Positions 8,061-18,256 of a DNA stretch of 64,000 nt are shown one piece after another (within the stretch, counting starts at the first letter, position 1; the number at the start of each line of letters is the position of its first letter). The notes beneath the pieces are model-generated. The model did no database searches. It was not told the DNA's origin and worked only from the letters and a program-made list of their open reading frames with translations. This DNA comes from a bacterium (GTDB taxonomy: Bacteria; UBA8248): assembly GCA_965207065.1 (NCBI GenBank), contig OZ242260.1, forward strand, positions 4,096,001 to 4,160,000. The letters run 5' to 3'. Made by a program: the position numbers and the translations under genes.

Positions 8061-9785
8061 ATGAAAACGGACATCCTCATCCTGGGTTCGGGCGGGGCGG
8101 GCCTGCTCGCCGCGCTCGCCGCGCACACCCGAAACGCAGCCCTCGACGTCACCGTGGCGGTCAAGGGGCTTTTTGGGAAAAGCGGCTGCACGCGCATGGT
8201 GCAGGGCGGCTACAACGTCGCTTTGGCCGAGACCGACTCGGTGGAAAACCACTTTCTCGACACCCTGAAGGGCGGGGCGTGGATTAACGATCAGGAACTC
8301 GCCTGGACGCTCGTGAGCCGCGCGCCCGGCTGCGTGGAGCGGCTCGAAACCGTGTGCGGGTGCTTTTTCGACCGAAACGATGACGGCACGATCCACCAGA
8401 AAGCCTTCGCGGGCCAGAGCTTCGACAGAACGGTCCACAAGGGCGACCTGACGGGCATCGAACTCACCAACCGCGTCTCCGAACAACTCGTAAGGCGCGG
8501 GGTGGACGTTCTGGAGGAAACCAGGGCAGTGGCCCTCCTGCCTGCCAGACGCGAACCCGAGCGCGTCGCGGGCGCGCTGTTGCTTGACATCCAGAGCGGG
8601 GAGTTCATCGCCGTGAACGCGAAGTGCACGCTCCTCGCCACGGGCGGCGGCCCCACGCTCTACAAGATCTCCGCCTGCGCGCAGGAACTCGCCACCGACG
8701 GCATGGCAATCGCCTGGGAGGCGGGGGCATCTTTTTGCGACATGGAGATGGTGCAGTTCCACCCGACGGGCATCCTGACGGGAGACGGCTTACAAATTAC
8801 CGGTACGCTCCTGGAGGAAGGCCTGCGCGGCGCGGGCGGACACTTGAAAAACGCGGCGGGCGAGCGCTACATGGAGCGCTACGACGCCGAGCGCATGGAG
8901 CGCGCCACGCGCGACGTGGTCTCCCGCGCGGGCTACACCGAGATCATCGAGGGCCGGGGTACGGAGCGCGGCGGCGTGTTCATCGACGTGAGCCATCTGG
9001 GCAAATCCTTCGTGCGCAAGAACTTCAAGGGGATGGTCGAGCGCTGCGCCGACCTGGGCTACGACCTCGTAGGCGGCCCCGTGGAAGTCACGCCCACCGC
9101 GCACTACATGATGGGCGGCGTGAAGATAGACACCGCCTGCCGCACGAATTTAGCGGGGCTTTACGCCGCCGGCGAGGACGCGGGCGGCACGCACGGCGCG
9201 AACCGCCTAGGCGGAAACGGGGTGGCGAACGCCACGGTGTTCGGGGAAATCGCGGGCGAGGCGATGGCCGAAGAAGCGGCGGACTCTCCCCTCCTCCCCT
9301 ATGACGCGGAAGCGCTCGCAAGTGCCGAGGAGAAAACGCTGGACACGCTGGGCGAGGGCGAATCCCCCTACCCGGTCCGGACGGAATTGAAAGATACGAT
9401 GTGGAGCAAGGTGGGTCTCAGAAGAAACGGCGCGGACATCCAGAACGGGGTCCGTATCCTTCACGATTTGAAGAGACGCGCGGCAGACGCCCGCGCCGAT
9501 GGCGCGCGCGCCTACAACCTCGCCTGGCAGCACACGCTCGACGTGAGGAACCAGATCTGCGTCGCGGAACTCATCGCGTATTCGGCGCTCGAGCGCGACG
9601 AGAGCCGGGGCAGCCACTACCGGGATGACTGCCCCCATACGGGGGATGAGGACCTCTACAACGTCTATATCAAGCGGGAGGGTGACTCGGCGGTCATCGA
9701 GCGCAAACCCGTCGCGTTTCCCCGCCTGTATCCGCAGGCCGAACCGGCCGGGCAACTGGAGCCCGACCCCAATTTCATCGATTGA
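8061..9785 (+). CDS. Succinate dehydrogenase/fumarate reductase-like flavoprotein (atypical)
   Basis: GSGGAG, QFHPTG, TRDVVSRA, HYMMGG, HGANRLGGN, ESRGSHYR. Confidence 0.92.
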   Translation: MKTDILILGSGGAGLLAALAAHTRNAALDVTVAVKGLFGKSGCTRMVQGGYNVALAETDSVENHFLDTLKGGAWINDQELAWTLVSRAPGCVERLETVCGCFFDRNDDGTIHQKAFAGQSFDRTVHKGDLTGIELTNRVSEQLVRRGVDVLEETRAVALLPARREPERVAGALLLDIQSGEFIAVNAKCTLLATGGGPTLYKISACAQELATDGMAIAWEAGASFCDMEMVQFHPTGILTGDGLQITGTLLEEGLRGAGGHLKNAAGERYMERYDAERMERATRDVVSRAGYTEIIEGRGTERGGVFIDVSHLGKSFVRKNFKGMVERCADLGYDLVGGPVEVTPTAHYMMGGVKIDTACRTNLAGLYAAGEDAGGTHGANRLGGNGVANATVFGEIAGEAMAEEAADSPLLPYDAEALASAEEKTLDTLGEGESPYPVRTELKDTMWSKVGLRRNGADIQNGVRILHDLKRRAADARADGARAYNLAWQHTLDVRNQICVAELIAYSALERDESRGSHYRDDCPHTGDEDLYNVYIKREGDSAVIERKPVAFPRLYPQAEPAGQLEPDPNFID

Positions 9786-9810
9786 CACAGAAGCGGAGCG
9801 AAGAGAAAAG

Positions 9811-10161
9811 ATGACGAGCGTGAAAGACCCCGTGCCCAACAAGCCACCCGTATGGAAGATCAGCGCATGGCGCTCGATGTATCCGGGCATGTGGTCCTGG
9901 GTGCTGCAGAGGCTCTCCGCCCTTGCGCTCATCGTCCTGTTCCCGATCCACGTGATGAACCCCTACATCGACTCGGTGCGAATCACCATGCTGCTCCTCG
10001 TCGTCTGGCACTCCATGCACGGCATAAAAGTGATCCTGACCGATTTCGGCTTTCCGGATCGCCACCAGCGAAAACTCCTGTGGGTGCTGTGCGTCGTAGG
10101 CGTGGCCGCGTTTTTCTGGCTGGCCTTCATGCACAAGGAATACTGGAGGTTCATGTCGTGA
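9811..10161 (+). CDS. SdhC/FrdC-like cytochrome b membrane anchor
   Basis: WVLQRLS and HSMHGIKVILTDFG motifs; about three hydrophobic helices. Confidence 0.8.
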   Translation: MTSVKDPVPNKPPVWKISAWRSMYPGMWSWVLQRLSALALIVLFPIHVMNPYIDSVRITMLLLVVWHSMHGIKVILTDFGFPDRHQRKLLWVLCVVGVAAFFWLAFMHKEYWRFMS

Positions 10162-11009
10162 ACGAAGACGCCCGATTGAGCGAAGGAACGCAGGAAAAAC
10201 CGGCGCAGGAAGAACCGACTCCACAGAAAGAGGCGCAAGCGCAGGAAGCGCCAAATCGCCCGAGCGTGCGCGTCAGAATCCGCCGCGGCGGCGCGTCGGG
10301 AGATCCGGACGAGCGCTTCGACGAGTTCCAAGTCGAGACCGGCCCGCGCATGACGGTCCTGGACGCGCTCGTCGCCGTCCAGAGCGCGCAGGAGCCCGCG
10401 CTTTCGTTCCGCTATTCCTGCCGGGTGGGCATGTGCGGCACCTGCGCCCTGAAAGTCAACGGACGCCCCGCCTGGGCGTGCCGGACGCGCCTCGAAGGAC
10501 TTGGCGATGAAATCACGCTCGAGCCGCTCTCCAATTTCCCGGTTCTGAGCGATCTGGCGGTCGACATGTCGCCGTTCTTCGAAAAGATGAAACGCGCGCG
10601 CGGCTGGCTCGAACCCACAAGCCTGGCGGAGAAGGCTCCCGCGCTGATCGCGCCGAATTCGCGCGAGCGCAAGCGCATCGAACCGCACATCGAGTGCATC
10701 ACGTGCGGAATCTGCTATGCTTCTTGCTCTATTGTAGGGCATGATAGCGATTACCTGGGGCCTGCGGCGCTGAACCGCGCCTACACGCTCGTGAACGACA
10801 GCAGAGACGCCCTGGGGCTTGAGAGGTTATTGGAGGTTTGCACCGAGGACGGCGCCTGGCGCTGCCACTCGCAATACAACTGCACGGAGAGCTGCCCCAA
10901 GGGCATCAGCCCCACGGGCGCCATCAAGGGACTCAAGCGCCGCGCCGTTGCAGGCGGCGTCAAACGATTCGCCGCTTCCATCTTCCGGGGCCGCGCGCCC
11001 GGCGCTTGA
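10158..11009 (+). CDS. SdhB/FrdB-like iron-sulfur subunit
   Basis: SCRVGMCGTC, CITCGICYASC, CHSQYNCTESCP; GTG start overlapping the upstream stop. Confidence 0.93.
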   Translation: MNEDARLSEGTQEKPAQEEPTPQKEAQAQEAPNRPSVRVRIRRGGASGDPDERFDEFQVETGPRMTVLDALVAVQSAQEPALSFRYSCRVGMCGTCALKVNGRPAWACRTRLEGLGDEITLEPLSNFPVLSDLAVDMSPFFEKMKRARGWLEPTSLAEKAPALIAPNSRERKRIEPHIECITCGICYASCSIVGHDSDYLGPAALNRAYTLVNDSRDALGLERLLEVCTEDGAWRCHSQYNCTESCPKGISPTGAIKGLKRRAVAGGVKRFAASIFRGRAPGA

Positions 11010-11028
11010 ACGCGGGGAGGACAACGAC

Positions 11029-11979
11029 ATGCCGACTGTGGATACACAAGCCATCAGCAGCGAACTCATTAGAGAAGTGGCTTTCGAGCTCAACCGCCGC
11101 GCCGCCATCGGAATCCCCAAGGACGTGGGCGATACCATCGCCGACATGGCCGAGCGCGAAACCCAGAAACTCTCGAAGTTCGTACTGCTCGAGATCGTCA
11201 ACAACTACAAGGTGGCCGTGGACGAGCAGCGCCCCATGTGCGCCGATACGGGCCTCCCGCGCTTCTATGCGAAAATCGGGAACGACGCCGCTATCGAGGG
11301 CGGCTTCGTGGCGCTCGAACGCTCGGTCCGCCAGGGGACGGCTGACGCCACCGAGCGCGTGCCCCTGCGTCCGAACCGCGTGCACCCCATCACCCGGCAT
11401 GACTACAACAACAACGTGGGGATACACGCCCCCACGGTGGACTACTCATGGGAGCCGGACGTCGACTGGATTGAACTCACGAGCTTCCACAAGGGGGGCC
11501 TCTTCGGCGGGGACTACCGGATGCTCTTCCCCACCGACGGCATCGACGGCATCAAGCGCTTCTTTCTCGACGTGATCAGCGAGTTCTTCAAGCGCGGCCT
11601 CTCATGCCAGCCCGCCATCGTGGGCATCGGCATCGGCGGCACCAAGGACACCTGCGTGCGCCTCGCCAAGGAGGCGGCCTGTTTGCGCGTGGTGGGAGAC
11701 AGGAACCCGGATCCCGAAATCGGGAAACTCGAAGAAGAGCTGAACGAACTCGGCCGGAGGACCAGCCTCGGCCCCATGGGCTTCAAGGGCGAGGGCGCGG
11801 TGATGGACACCCACATCGAGGTGGCCTACACCCACACCGGCGGGATGCCCATATCGATCCACCACCAGTGCTTCGCGCTCAGGCGCGCCACCGCGCGAAT
11901 CCACACCGACGGCCAGGTGGAATACCGCGAAAACCCCGACTGGTTCACCGACTACTACCGCCGCGACAGCATCGCGTAA
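11029..11979 (+). CDS. Fe-S hydro-lyase alpha subunit (fumarate hydratase/L-tartrate dehydratase family)
   Basis: RPMCADTG, LRPN, SCQPAIVGIGIGG, HQCFALRRA; GGAGG RBS. Confidence 0.9.
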   Translation: MPTVDTQAISSELIREVAFELNRRAAIGIPKDVGDTIADMAERETQKLSKFVLLEIVNNYKVAVDEQRPMCADTGLPRFYAKIGNDAAIEGGFVALERSVRQGTADATERVPLRPNRVHPITRHDYNNNVGIHAPTVDYSWEPDVDWIELTSFHKGGLFGGDYRMLFPTDGIDGIKRFFLDVISEFFKRGLSCQPAIVGIGIGGTKDTCVRLAKEAACLRVVGDRNPDPEIGKLEEELNELGRRTSLGPMGFKGEGAVMDTHIEVAYTHTGGMPISIHHQCFALRRATARIHTDGQVEYRENPDWFTDYYRRDSIA

Positions 11980-12001
11980 GCGGCCCGGGAGATAATTGAA
12001 C

Positions 12002-12685
12002 ATGAGCGGCACCGCAGACCTGGAAATGAAGGAGCACCACCTCACGACGCCGGCCACGCCGGAAGACCTGGCGAAACTCGAACTCGGCGACGTCGTCTAT
12101 TTCGACGGCGTGGTATTCACGGGCAGAATCGGCCTCTACAAGAAACTTTTTGACGAAAAAGCGCCGCCGCCGGTGGACATCGCCTCGCTCACGAACGTGA
12201 CGTTCCACTGCTCGCCCGCCGTGGGACGAAACGAAGCGGGCGATTGGGAGGTGGCCGCCGTCACGGCCACGGCGAGCTTCCGCTTCGAGAAACACCTGCC
12301 CCTCCTGATGGACGAGCACGAGATACGCTGCGTTATCGGCAAGGGGGGCATGGCGCAGGAATTCTATGAGAAACACTTCAAGCGCCTCGGCGCGGTGTTC
12401 CTGAACACGGTGGGCTACGGCATCGGCGCGCAGTACGGGCGCGGCATCACGGGGGTCAAGGACGTCTACTGGCTCGATGAACTCGGCATCGCCCAGGCGA
12501 TGTGGGTGTTCGAGGTAAAAAATTTCGGGCCCTTCCTCGTGGAATGCGACGCCCGCGGGAACAGCCTCTACCAGATGGCGCTCGCCGAGACGAACGTGGA
12601 GCTGGGCAAGCTCTACGAGGGACTGCCGCTTCCCACGCTCAAGCGCATGGGCGAGGTGCACAACCCCGAAGACGAGGTTTTCTAG
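12002..12685 (+). CDS. Fe-S hydro-lyase beta subunit
   Basis: LELGDVVYFDGVVFTGR, IGKGGM, FGPFLVECDARGNS. Confidence 0.9.
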   Translation: MSGTADLEMKEHHLTTPATPEDLAKLELGDVVYFDGVVFTGRIGLYKKLFDEKAPPPVDIASLTNVTFHCSPAVGRNEAGDWEVAAVTATASFRFEKHLPLLMDEHEIRCVIGKGGMAQEFYEKHFKRLGAVFLNTVGYGIGAQYGRGITGVKDVYWLDELGIAQAMWVFEVKNFGPFLVECDARGNSLYQMALAETNVELGKLYEGLPLPTLKRMGEVHNPEDEVF

Positions 12686-12725
12686 CAAAACCCCCGGAAA
12701 TTCGAACCGAATCACCGACGAAAGG

Positions 12726-13739
12726 ATGAAAATGTCGAAAGGAATCGCCTGGGTCACCACCAGTTGGCTGAGCGGCTTGGAAGACCCGATGCGCCACTTC
12801 AAGCGGCTCGAAACCGAGGCGGGCCTCGAAGTCAGAATCGAGTCGAACGGCGTCGACAGGACCGAAGAGGAGCTGGTCGCCTCGCTTCCCGGCGTGGTCG
12901 TCACCTTCCCGAGCAACGACCCCTACAACGAGCGCACCCTGGCGGCGGGGACGCACCTCAAGCACATCGCCAGAACGGGGGTGGGCTTCAACTCCGTCGA
13001 CCTGGAAGCCGCCACGCGCCACGGGGTGGTCGTCACCAACGCGCCGGGCCAGAACTCGGATTCCGTGGCCGAACACGCGATCGGCCTCATGCTGTGCATC
13101 GCGCGGAACATCGCTCTCTCCGACAAGAAAATGCGGGCGGGCGAGTGGGCGGACCTGCGGGTTCCCATTTCGCCGCTCCGGGACAAGACGCTGGGCATCA
13201 TCGGTCTCGGCAACATCGGCAAGCACGTGGCGAGGCGCGCCGTGGCCTTCGGCATGGAGGTCATCGCGAACGACATCGTGCGCGATGAACGCTTCGCCGC
13301 CGAGGTGGGCGTATTCTATGAGCCTCGCGAGGAGGTGACGCGCCGGGCCGATTTCATCACCTGCCACGTGCCCCTGAACGATGGGACGCGCGGCATGGTG
13401 GACGAGAAATTCCTCTCCTCGATGAAGCCGGGCGCCTACCTCGTCAACACCTCGCGCGGCCCGGTGGTGGACCTCGACGCCGCCGCCACGGCTTTGGAGC
13501 GCGGCATCATCCAGGGCGCGGCGCTGGACGTTTTCCCGAATGAACCGGCGGATCACCGCCACCGCATCTTCTCGCTCGACAACGTCATCCTCACCCCGCA
13601 CATCGCGGGCCTGGGCGAGGACGCGTGTGAGCAGTCGCTCGAGTTCGCCGTCACCGCAGCGATCGACGTCATCGCCGGGAGGCATCCGGCGGGCCTGCTG
13701 AACCCCGAGGTGCTGGAAAAAACGGGCATCAAGGACTAA
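12726..13739 (+). CDS. D-isomer-specific 2-hydroxyacid dehydrogenase (SerA-like, no ACT domain)
   Basis: GLGNIG, NTSRG, DVFPNEP, TPHIAG. Confidence 0.92.
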   Translation: MKMSKGIAWVTTSWLSGLEDPMRHFKRLETEAGLEVRIESNGVDRTEEELVASLPGVVVTFPSNDPYNERTLAAGTHLKHIARTGVGFNSVDLEAATRHGVVVTNAPGQNSDSVAEHAIGLMLCIARNIALSDKKMRAGEWADLRVPISPLRDKTLGIIGLGNIGKHVARRAVAFGMEVIANDIVRDERFAAEVGVFYEPREEVTRRADFITCHVPLNDGTRGMVDEKFLSSMKPGAYLVNTSRGPVVDLDAAATALERGIIQGAALDVFPNEPADHRHRIFSLDNVILTPHIAGLGEDACEQSLEFAVTAAIDVIAGRHPAGLLNPEVLEKTGIKD

Positions 13740-13811
13740 AGTAATCGTCGCCTTATCTCCGAATCGCCGCTTCTGGATTATTAAGTTCGCCGCCGACACG
13801 AGGAAGAATCC

Positions 13812-15212
13812 ATGCGGAAAATCAATAAGCAGTATGCGCTGCTGATCTGCGCCTGCCTCCTCCTTCTCTTCGCCGGAGGCGCCATCGTTGCCGACGCCAA
13901 GACGGAGACCGCCCCCCTGCGCGTTCCCTGGAACGTGACCGAGCACAAGATGAAGAACGGCATGCGCGCCCTGCTCCTGCCCGATAACAGCGCGCCCATG
14001 GTGGTCATGAAGGTCTGGTACGCCGTCGGCAGCCGCGACGAGCAACCCGGCCTCACGGGCATCGCGCACTATCTCGAACACATGATGTTCCGCGGCACGA
14101 AGAAATACGGCCCCAAGGTATTCGACAAGATCATCAAGAAAAACGGCGGCTCCCACAACGCGTTCACGGGCTTCGACTACACCGCGTACTACGAGCGCAT
14201 CGCCTCGGACAGGCTGGAGCTCATTATCGAGCTCGAAGCGGACCGCATGGTGAACCTGCAGATTGAGAAGGCGGCCTTCGACGCGGAGAAAGACGTGGTG
14301 CATGAGGAGAGGCGCACCCGTTACGACAGGCCGGTGGGTAAGTTCTGGGAGCAGCTTCGCGCCGTCGCCTACACGAACCACCCCTACAAGAACCCGATCA
14401 TCGGCTGGCCCGAGGATATAGACGCCATCACCATCAAGGACATGGAGGCCTTCTACAAGCGCTACTACAGCCCCGAGAACGCCGTCGCCGTCCTGGTGGG
14501 CGACTTCAAGGTCAAAGAGGCCATCGCGCTGCTCGAAAAACACTTCGGGAAAATCCCCAAATCCCCGACCTTCCGGAAAAGGCCCGCACTCGCCGAGTTC
14601 CCCCAGAAATCGGAACGCAGGGTGTACGTGCGCGCCGATGCGCAGCTTCCCTATATGGCTATCGGCTATCACGCCCCCAACTGGAAGAGCGAAGACGCGC
14701 CCGCCCTCGTGATGCTGGAAGCCATCCTGGGCGGTGGAGAAACCTCGCGCTTGCACCAGAGGCTGGTGCGCAAGGACACGCTCGCGCTGGGCGCGGGATC
14801 GAATTACACCTACACCTCGGTGGACCCGATGATCTTCTACCTCTACGCGCGGGTGGCGCCCGGCAAGAAGGCCGCCGATGCGGAGAAGGCGCTTCTCGAG
14901 GAGGTGGAAAAACTCATCGAAAAAGGCGTGGGCGAAGAGGAGTTCCGCCGCGCGCTCAGGAGTATCGAGGCGAAAATGGTTTTCGCCATGGACTCGCATT
15001 ACTACCGCGCGAGGCTCCTCGGCACAGCGGCGATATCGGGCGACTGGCGCCTCCTCGAAGGCTACCTGCCCGCCCTCAGGAAGGTGACGCCCGCCGACGT
15101 GGCGCGCGTCGCCAGGAAATACCTGAACCACACAAACAAGACCACCGCCGAACTCATACCGACAAAGAAAAAACGCAGCGCGAAAGCCGCCAATAGCCGG
15201 GGAGGACGCTAG
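13812..15212 (+). CDS. M16 family zinc peptidase, catalytic subunit (exported)
   Basis: Signal peptide; inverted HXXEH motif (AHYLEHM). Confidence 0.93.
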   Translation: MRKINKQYALLICACLLLLFAGGAIVADAKTETAPLRVPWNVTEHKMKNGMRALLLPDNSAPMVVMKVWYAVGSRDEQPGLTGIAHYLEHMMFRGTKKYGPKVFDKIIKKNGGSHNAFTGFDYTAYYERIASDRLELIIELEADRMVNLQIEKAAFDAEKDVVHEERRTRYDRPVGKFWEQLRAVAYTNHPYKNPIIGWPEDIDAITIKDMEAFYKRYYSPENAVAVLVGDFKVKEAIALLEKHFGKIPKSPTFRKRPALAEFPQKSERRVYVRADAQLPYMAIGYHAPNWKSEDAPALVMLEAILGGGETSRLHQRLVRKDTLALGAGSNYTYTSVDPMIFYLYARVAPGKKAADAEKALLEEVEKLIEKGVGEEEFRRALRSIEAKMVFAMDSHYYRARLLGTAAISGDWRLLEGYLPALRKVTPADVARVARKYLNHTNKTTAELIPTKKKRSAKAANSRGGR

Positions 15213-15213
15213 C

Positions 15214-16545
15214 ATGAGGCTCCGACGCATTCTCTGGACACTGGCCGCCGCAATCTTCGTGCTGCCCGCTCTCGCAGGTGCGGACGTCATCACTTATGAG
15301 CGCGAGGAATTGCCCGGCGGCGGCGTATTGCTCGTCAAGCAAAGCAGGCAACTGCCCATGGTGCGCATCGCCGTCTCGATTCCGGCGGGCGCGCGCCATG
15401 AGGCGCCCGAGCGCGCGGGACTCGCGAACCTGACCTCCGCCATGATCACGCGGGGGACGAAAACGAGAAGCGCTTCCGACATCGAGAAGACGAACGACTC
15501 CCTGGGCGGCGGAGTGGGCATGGAGGTCGGCCGCGCGCGCGCAGAAGCCTCCATGCGCGTGCTCACGCGCGATCTGGAAGAGGGCCTCTCCCTGCTTGGC
15601 GACGTGCTCAGAAACCCCGTCTTCCCGGCGGAGGAGATCGGCAAGACGAAAAAGCGCATCGTGGGCGGCATGCGCAGGCAGCGAGAGCGTCCCGGCCACC
15701 TGGCGAACAAGGCGCTCCGGAAGAGTCTTTTCGGCGAAACGCCCTACGGCCGCCTGGTCGAGGGAACGGAAAAATCCATCAAAAATCTGGGGCGGGAGGA
15801 CCTCGTCCGCTTCCACAGGAAATGGTACGGCATGAAGGGGTCGATTTTCGTCTTCGTGGGCGATGTTTCGCTCAAGCGCGCGCGAGAACTCGTTCTGGCC
15901 CGCTTCAAAGGCTGGCAAGCAGAGGGAGGGAAAATTCCCGAGCCGGCGCCGCCCGGGACCCCCAAGAAGATGCAGGTGGTCAAGATCGACCGCCCACTCT
16001 CCCAGTCCACGGTAATTCTGGGCAACCGCTCGCTCAAGCGCACGCATCCTGATTTCTACGCCGCGCGCGTGATGAACTACATCCTGGGCGGGGGCGGGTT
16101 TTCCAGCAGGATCATGGCCAACCTGAGAGAAGAAAAGGGCCTCGTCTACAGCGTCTACAGCTATTTCGCCGCAGGGCGTCACGCGGGCCACTGGCGGCTC
16201 ATCCTCCAGACGAAAAACAAGACCGCGAACGAGGCCATCAAGGAATCGATCGCGGAGGTGAAGCGCATCAAGGAAAAAGGGGTGAGCGACAAGGAGCTTC
16301 AAGACGCCAAGGATTTCATTACCGGGAACTTCGCCACGCGCTTCGGCTCATCGAGCCGCATCGCAAACTACATTCTCGCGGTGGAGATTCTGGGCTTCTC
16401 CCCCGGATATGCGGATGAATACCTGAAAAAAATCCGCGCCGTCACAAAGGCGCAAATCCTCGCGGCGGCGAGAAAACACATCAAGCTCGACGCGTCCACC
16501 CTCGCGGTGGTAGGGAACCTGGGCGAGGCGAAACTGGCTTATTGA
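15214..16545 (+). CDS. M16 family peptidase, non-catalytic partner subunit
   Basis: Signal peptide; lacks HXXEH; LGGGGFSSR...LREEKGLVY. Confidence 0.9.
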   Translation: MRLRRILWTLAAAIFVLPALAGADVITYEREELPGGGVLLVKQSRQLPMVRIAVSIPAGARHEAPERAGLANLTSAMITRGTKTRSASDIEKTNDSLGGGVGMEVGRARAEASMRVLTRDLEEGLSLLGDVLRNPVFPAEEIGKTKKRIVGGMRRQRERPGHLANKALRKSLFGETPYGRLVEGTEKSIKNLGREDLVRFHRKWYGMKGSIFVFVGDVSLKRARELVLARFKGWQAEGGKIPEPAPPGTPKKMQVVKIDRPLSQSTVILGNRSLKRTHPDFYAARVMNYILGGGGFSSRIMANLREEKGLVYSVYSYFAAGRHAGHWRLILQTKNKTANEAIKESIAEVKRIKEKGVSDKELQDAKDFITGNFATRFGSSSRIANYILAVEILGFSPGYADEYLKKIRAVTKAQILAAARKHIKLDASTLAVVGNLGEAKLAY

Positions 16546-16580
16546 GGCTTGCCCGATAAATTTGGGGGAATCAACAGAAT

Positions 16581-16976
16581 ATGAAGCGCGAAACGGTGAC
16601 ACCGGAGTCGCTGGCCGCACCCGCCGGGCATTTCTCGCACGGGGTCATCACCGATGGCGGACGCACGCTCTACGTGGCGGGCCAGACGCCCCTCAATGAG
16701 GACGGCAACCTCGTCTGCCCGGGCAACCCGGAGGGGCAGGCGCGCCAGTGCTACCGTAACATTCAGAAGGTGGTCGAAGCGGCCGGCGGACGCATGGCGG
16801 ATACGGCGAAAATTCAGGTCTTCGTGACGAGTCTCGACTACAGGGCCGCCGTCGGCAAGGTTCGGGCCGAGTTCTTTCCCGACAACCCGCCCGTGAGCAC
16901 GTTTCTGGTGATATCGAGCCTGGCCGAGCCCGATTTTCTGGTCGAAGTCGAGGCGATCGTCCCCCTGCCCGATTAA
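16581..16976 (+). CDS. RidA/YjgF family protein
   Basis: LYVAGQ, LVEVEAI; lacks the catalytic Arg (PPVST). Confidence 0.88.
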   Translation: MKRETVTPESLAAPAGHFSHGVITDGGRTLYVAGQTPLNEDGNLVCPGNPEGQARQCYRNIQKVVEAAGGRMADTAKIQVFVTSLDYRAAVGKVRAEFFPDNPPVSTFLVISSLAEPDFLVEVEAIVPLPD

Positions 16977-16988
16977 GAGAGCGAAGCG

Positions 16989-17381
16989 GTGAGCGGAAAA
17001 ACCACCCTGCGCTGGGCGCTCGCGCTGGCATATATGGCGGGGATTCACCTCTGGACAGCGACGGGCGTGCGCAATCCCTCATCCACCCTGCCGTTCGGGG
17101 TGGACAAAATCGTGCACCTCTGCGAGTTTGGGCTTCTCGCCTGGCTGCTCTGGCGGCCATGGCGGGAGACTTGTCCCCGGTGGGCCGAGGGGAAGACCGC
17201 CGTCTTCGTCGTGCTCCTCACGGCGCTGAACGGCCTGGGCGATGAGTTGCACCAGGTTTTTCTCCCCCACCGGAACGCGACGTGGGGAGACCTGGCGGCG
17301 GACATAGCGGGGGGCGGGGCCGCCGTCATGTGGTGTCTGCACCGAGAAAAGGCCAGGCCCCGCGCGACGACGCAGGGATAG
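16989..17381 (+). CDS. VanZ family membrane protein
   Basis: DKIVH...DELHQVFLPHR...DLAAD. Confidence 0.88.
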   Translation: MSGKTTLRWALALAYMAGIHLWTATGVRNPSSTLPFGVDKIVHLCEFGLLAWLLWRPWRETCPRWAEGKTAVFVVLLTALNGLGDELHQVFLPHRNATWGDLAADIAGGGAAVMWCLHREKARPRATTQG

Positions 17382-17392
17382 GAGAATTCACG

Positions 17393-17842
17393 TTGTCCAG
17401 CATCCGGGACGCACTCACCGAAGACATGAAGGCCGCCATGCGCGCCAAAGAAAAGCTCAGGCTCTCCACCATCCGCATGGTGCGCGCCGAGATTTTGAAC
17501 AAGGACAAGGAAGACGGTGAAGAAACTTCACAAAAAGATATTCTCAAACTACTCCAAAGTATGGTAAAGAAACGAGAGGAAGCCGCAGAGCAGTACGCAG
17601 CCGCCGACCGCGAGGATATGGCCCGGCAGGAACGCGATGAGATTCAGATCATCCAGGGTTATCTCCCCGCACAGATGGCTGATGCGGAAATCGAAGCCGC
17701 CGCCCAGGCGGCCATCGAGGAAACAGGGGCCTCTTCGATGAAAGACATGGGCAAGGTAATGGGAATTCTCACACGTGAACTGGCCGGGCGCGCCGCAGGC
17801 GCCCGGATTTCCCAGGCGGTCCGGAAACTCCTGGGCACTTAG
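17393..17842 (+). CDS. GatB/YqeY domain protein
   Basis: DMKAAMRAKEKLRLSTIRM, YLPAQM, SMKDMGKVM; GGAG RBS then TTG. Confidence 0.92.
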   Translation: MSSIRDALTEDMKAAMRAKEKLRLSTIRMVRAEILNKDKEDGEETSQKDILKLLQSMVKKREEAAEQYAAADREDMARQERDEIQIIQGYLPAQMADAEIEAAAQAAIEETGASSMKDMGKVMGILTRELAGRAAGARISQAVRKLLGT

Positions 17843-17860
17843 GTAAGAAGGAGGTCTCCA

Positions 17861-18256
17861 ATGAAGAAGCCGGCCTATCGCTTAGAAGACGTCGCCACAG
17901 CGTACCAATGCGAATCCGAGCAGGAGGAGATCATCGCCGCTCTGGCCGAGCGTGACTACCGCGTATTCGAGGTCGAGCAGCCCGTCGGAGCCTTCGTGCC
18001 CTACCACACGCACGATGAAGAAGAAGCCGTGATCGTCATCGAGGGCCAGATGCAGTTCAACGTGGAGGAAGAACTCGTCCTCGTCCAGCCAGGCGATGTA
18101 ATCACCATCCGCGAGGAGGCGATCCACAGCGCCGCCCAAGTGGGAGAGGAGAAGGCGAAGCTCCTGCTCGCCTTCCCGAACGACGGGAGCGATCCGCCGG
18201 TCATCGACCTCGACTGGGAGGGCGACGAGGAGGACGACAACCTCGGCTACGCCTGA
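17861..18256 (+). CDS. Cupin domain protein
   Basis: HTHDEEE...GD...H cupin motifs; GGAGG RBS. Confidence 0.88.
   Translation: MKKPAYRLEDVATAYQCESEQEEIIAALAERDYRVFEVEQPVGAFVPYHTHDEEEAVIVIEGQMQFNVEEELVLVQPGDVITIREEAIHSAAQVGEEKAKLLLAFPNDGSDPPVIDLDWEGDEEDDNLGYA

Noticed and set aside
12639-15293. 884-aa minus-strand ORF and many similar long antisense ORFs
   Set aside because: Shadow frames of well-supported genes in GC-rich DNA
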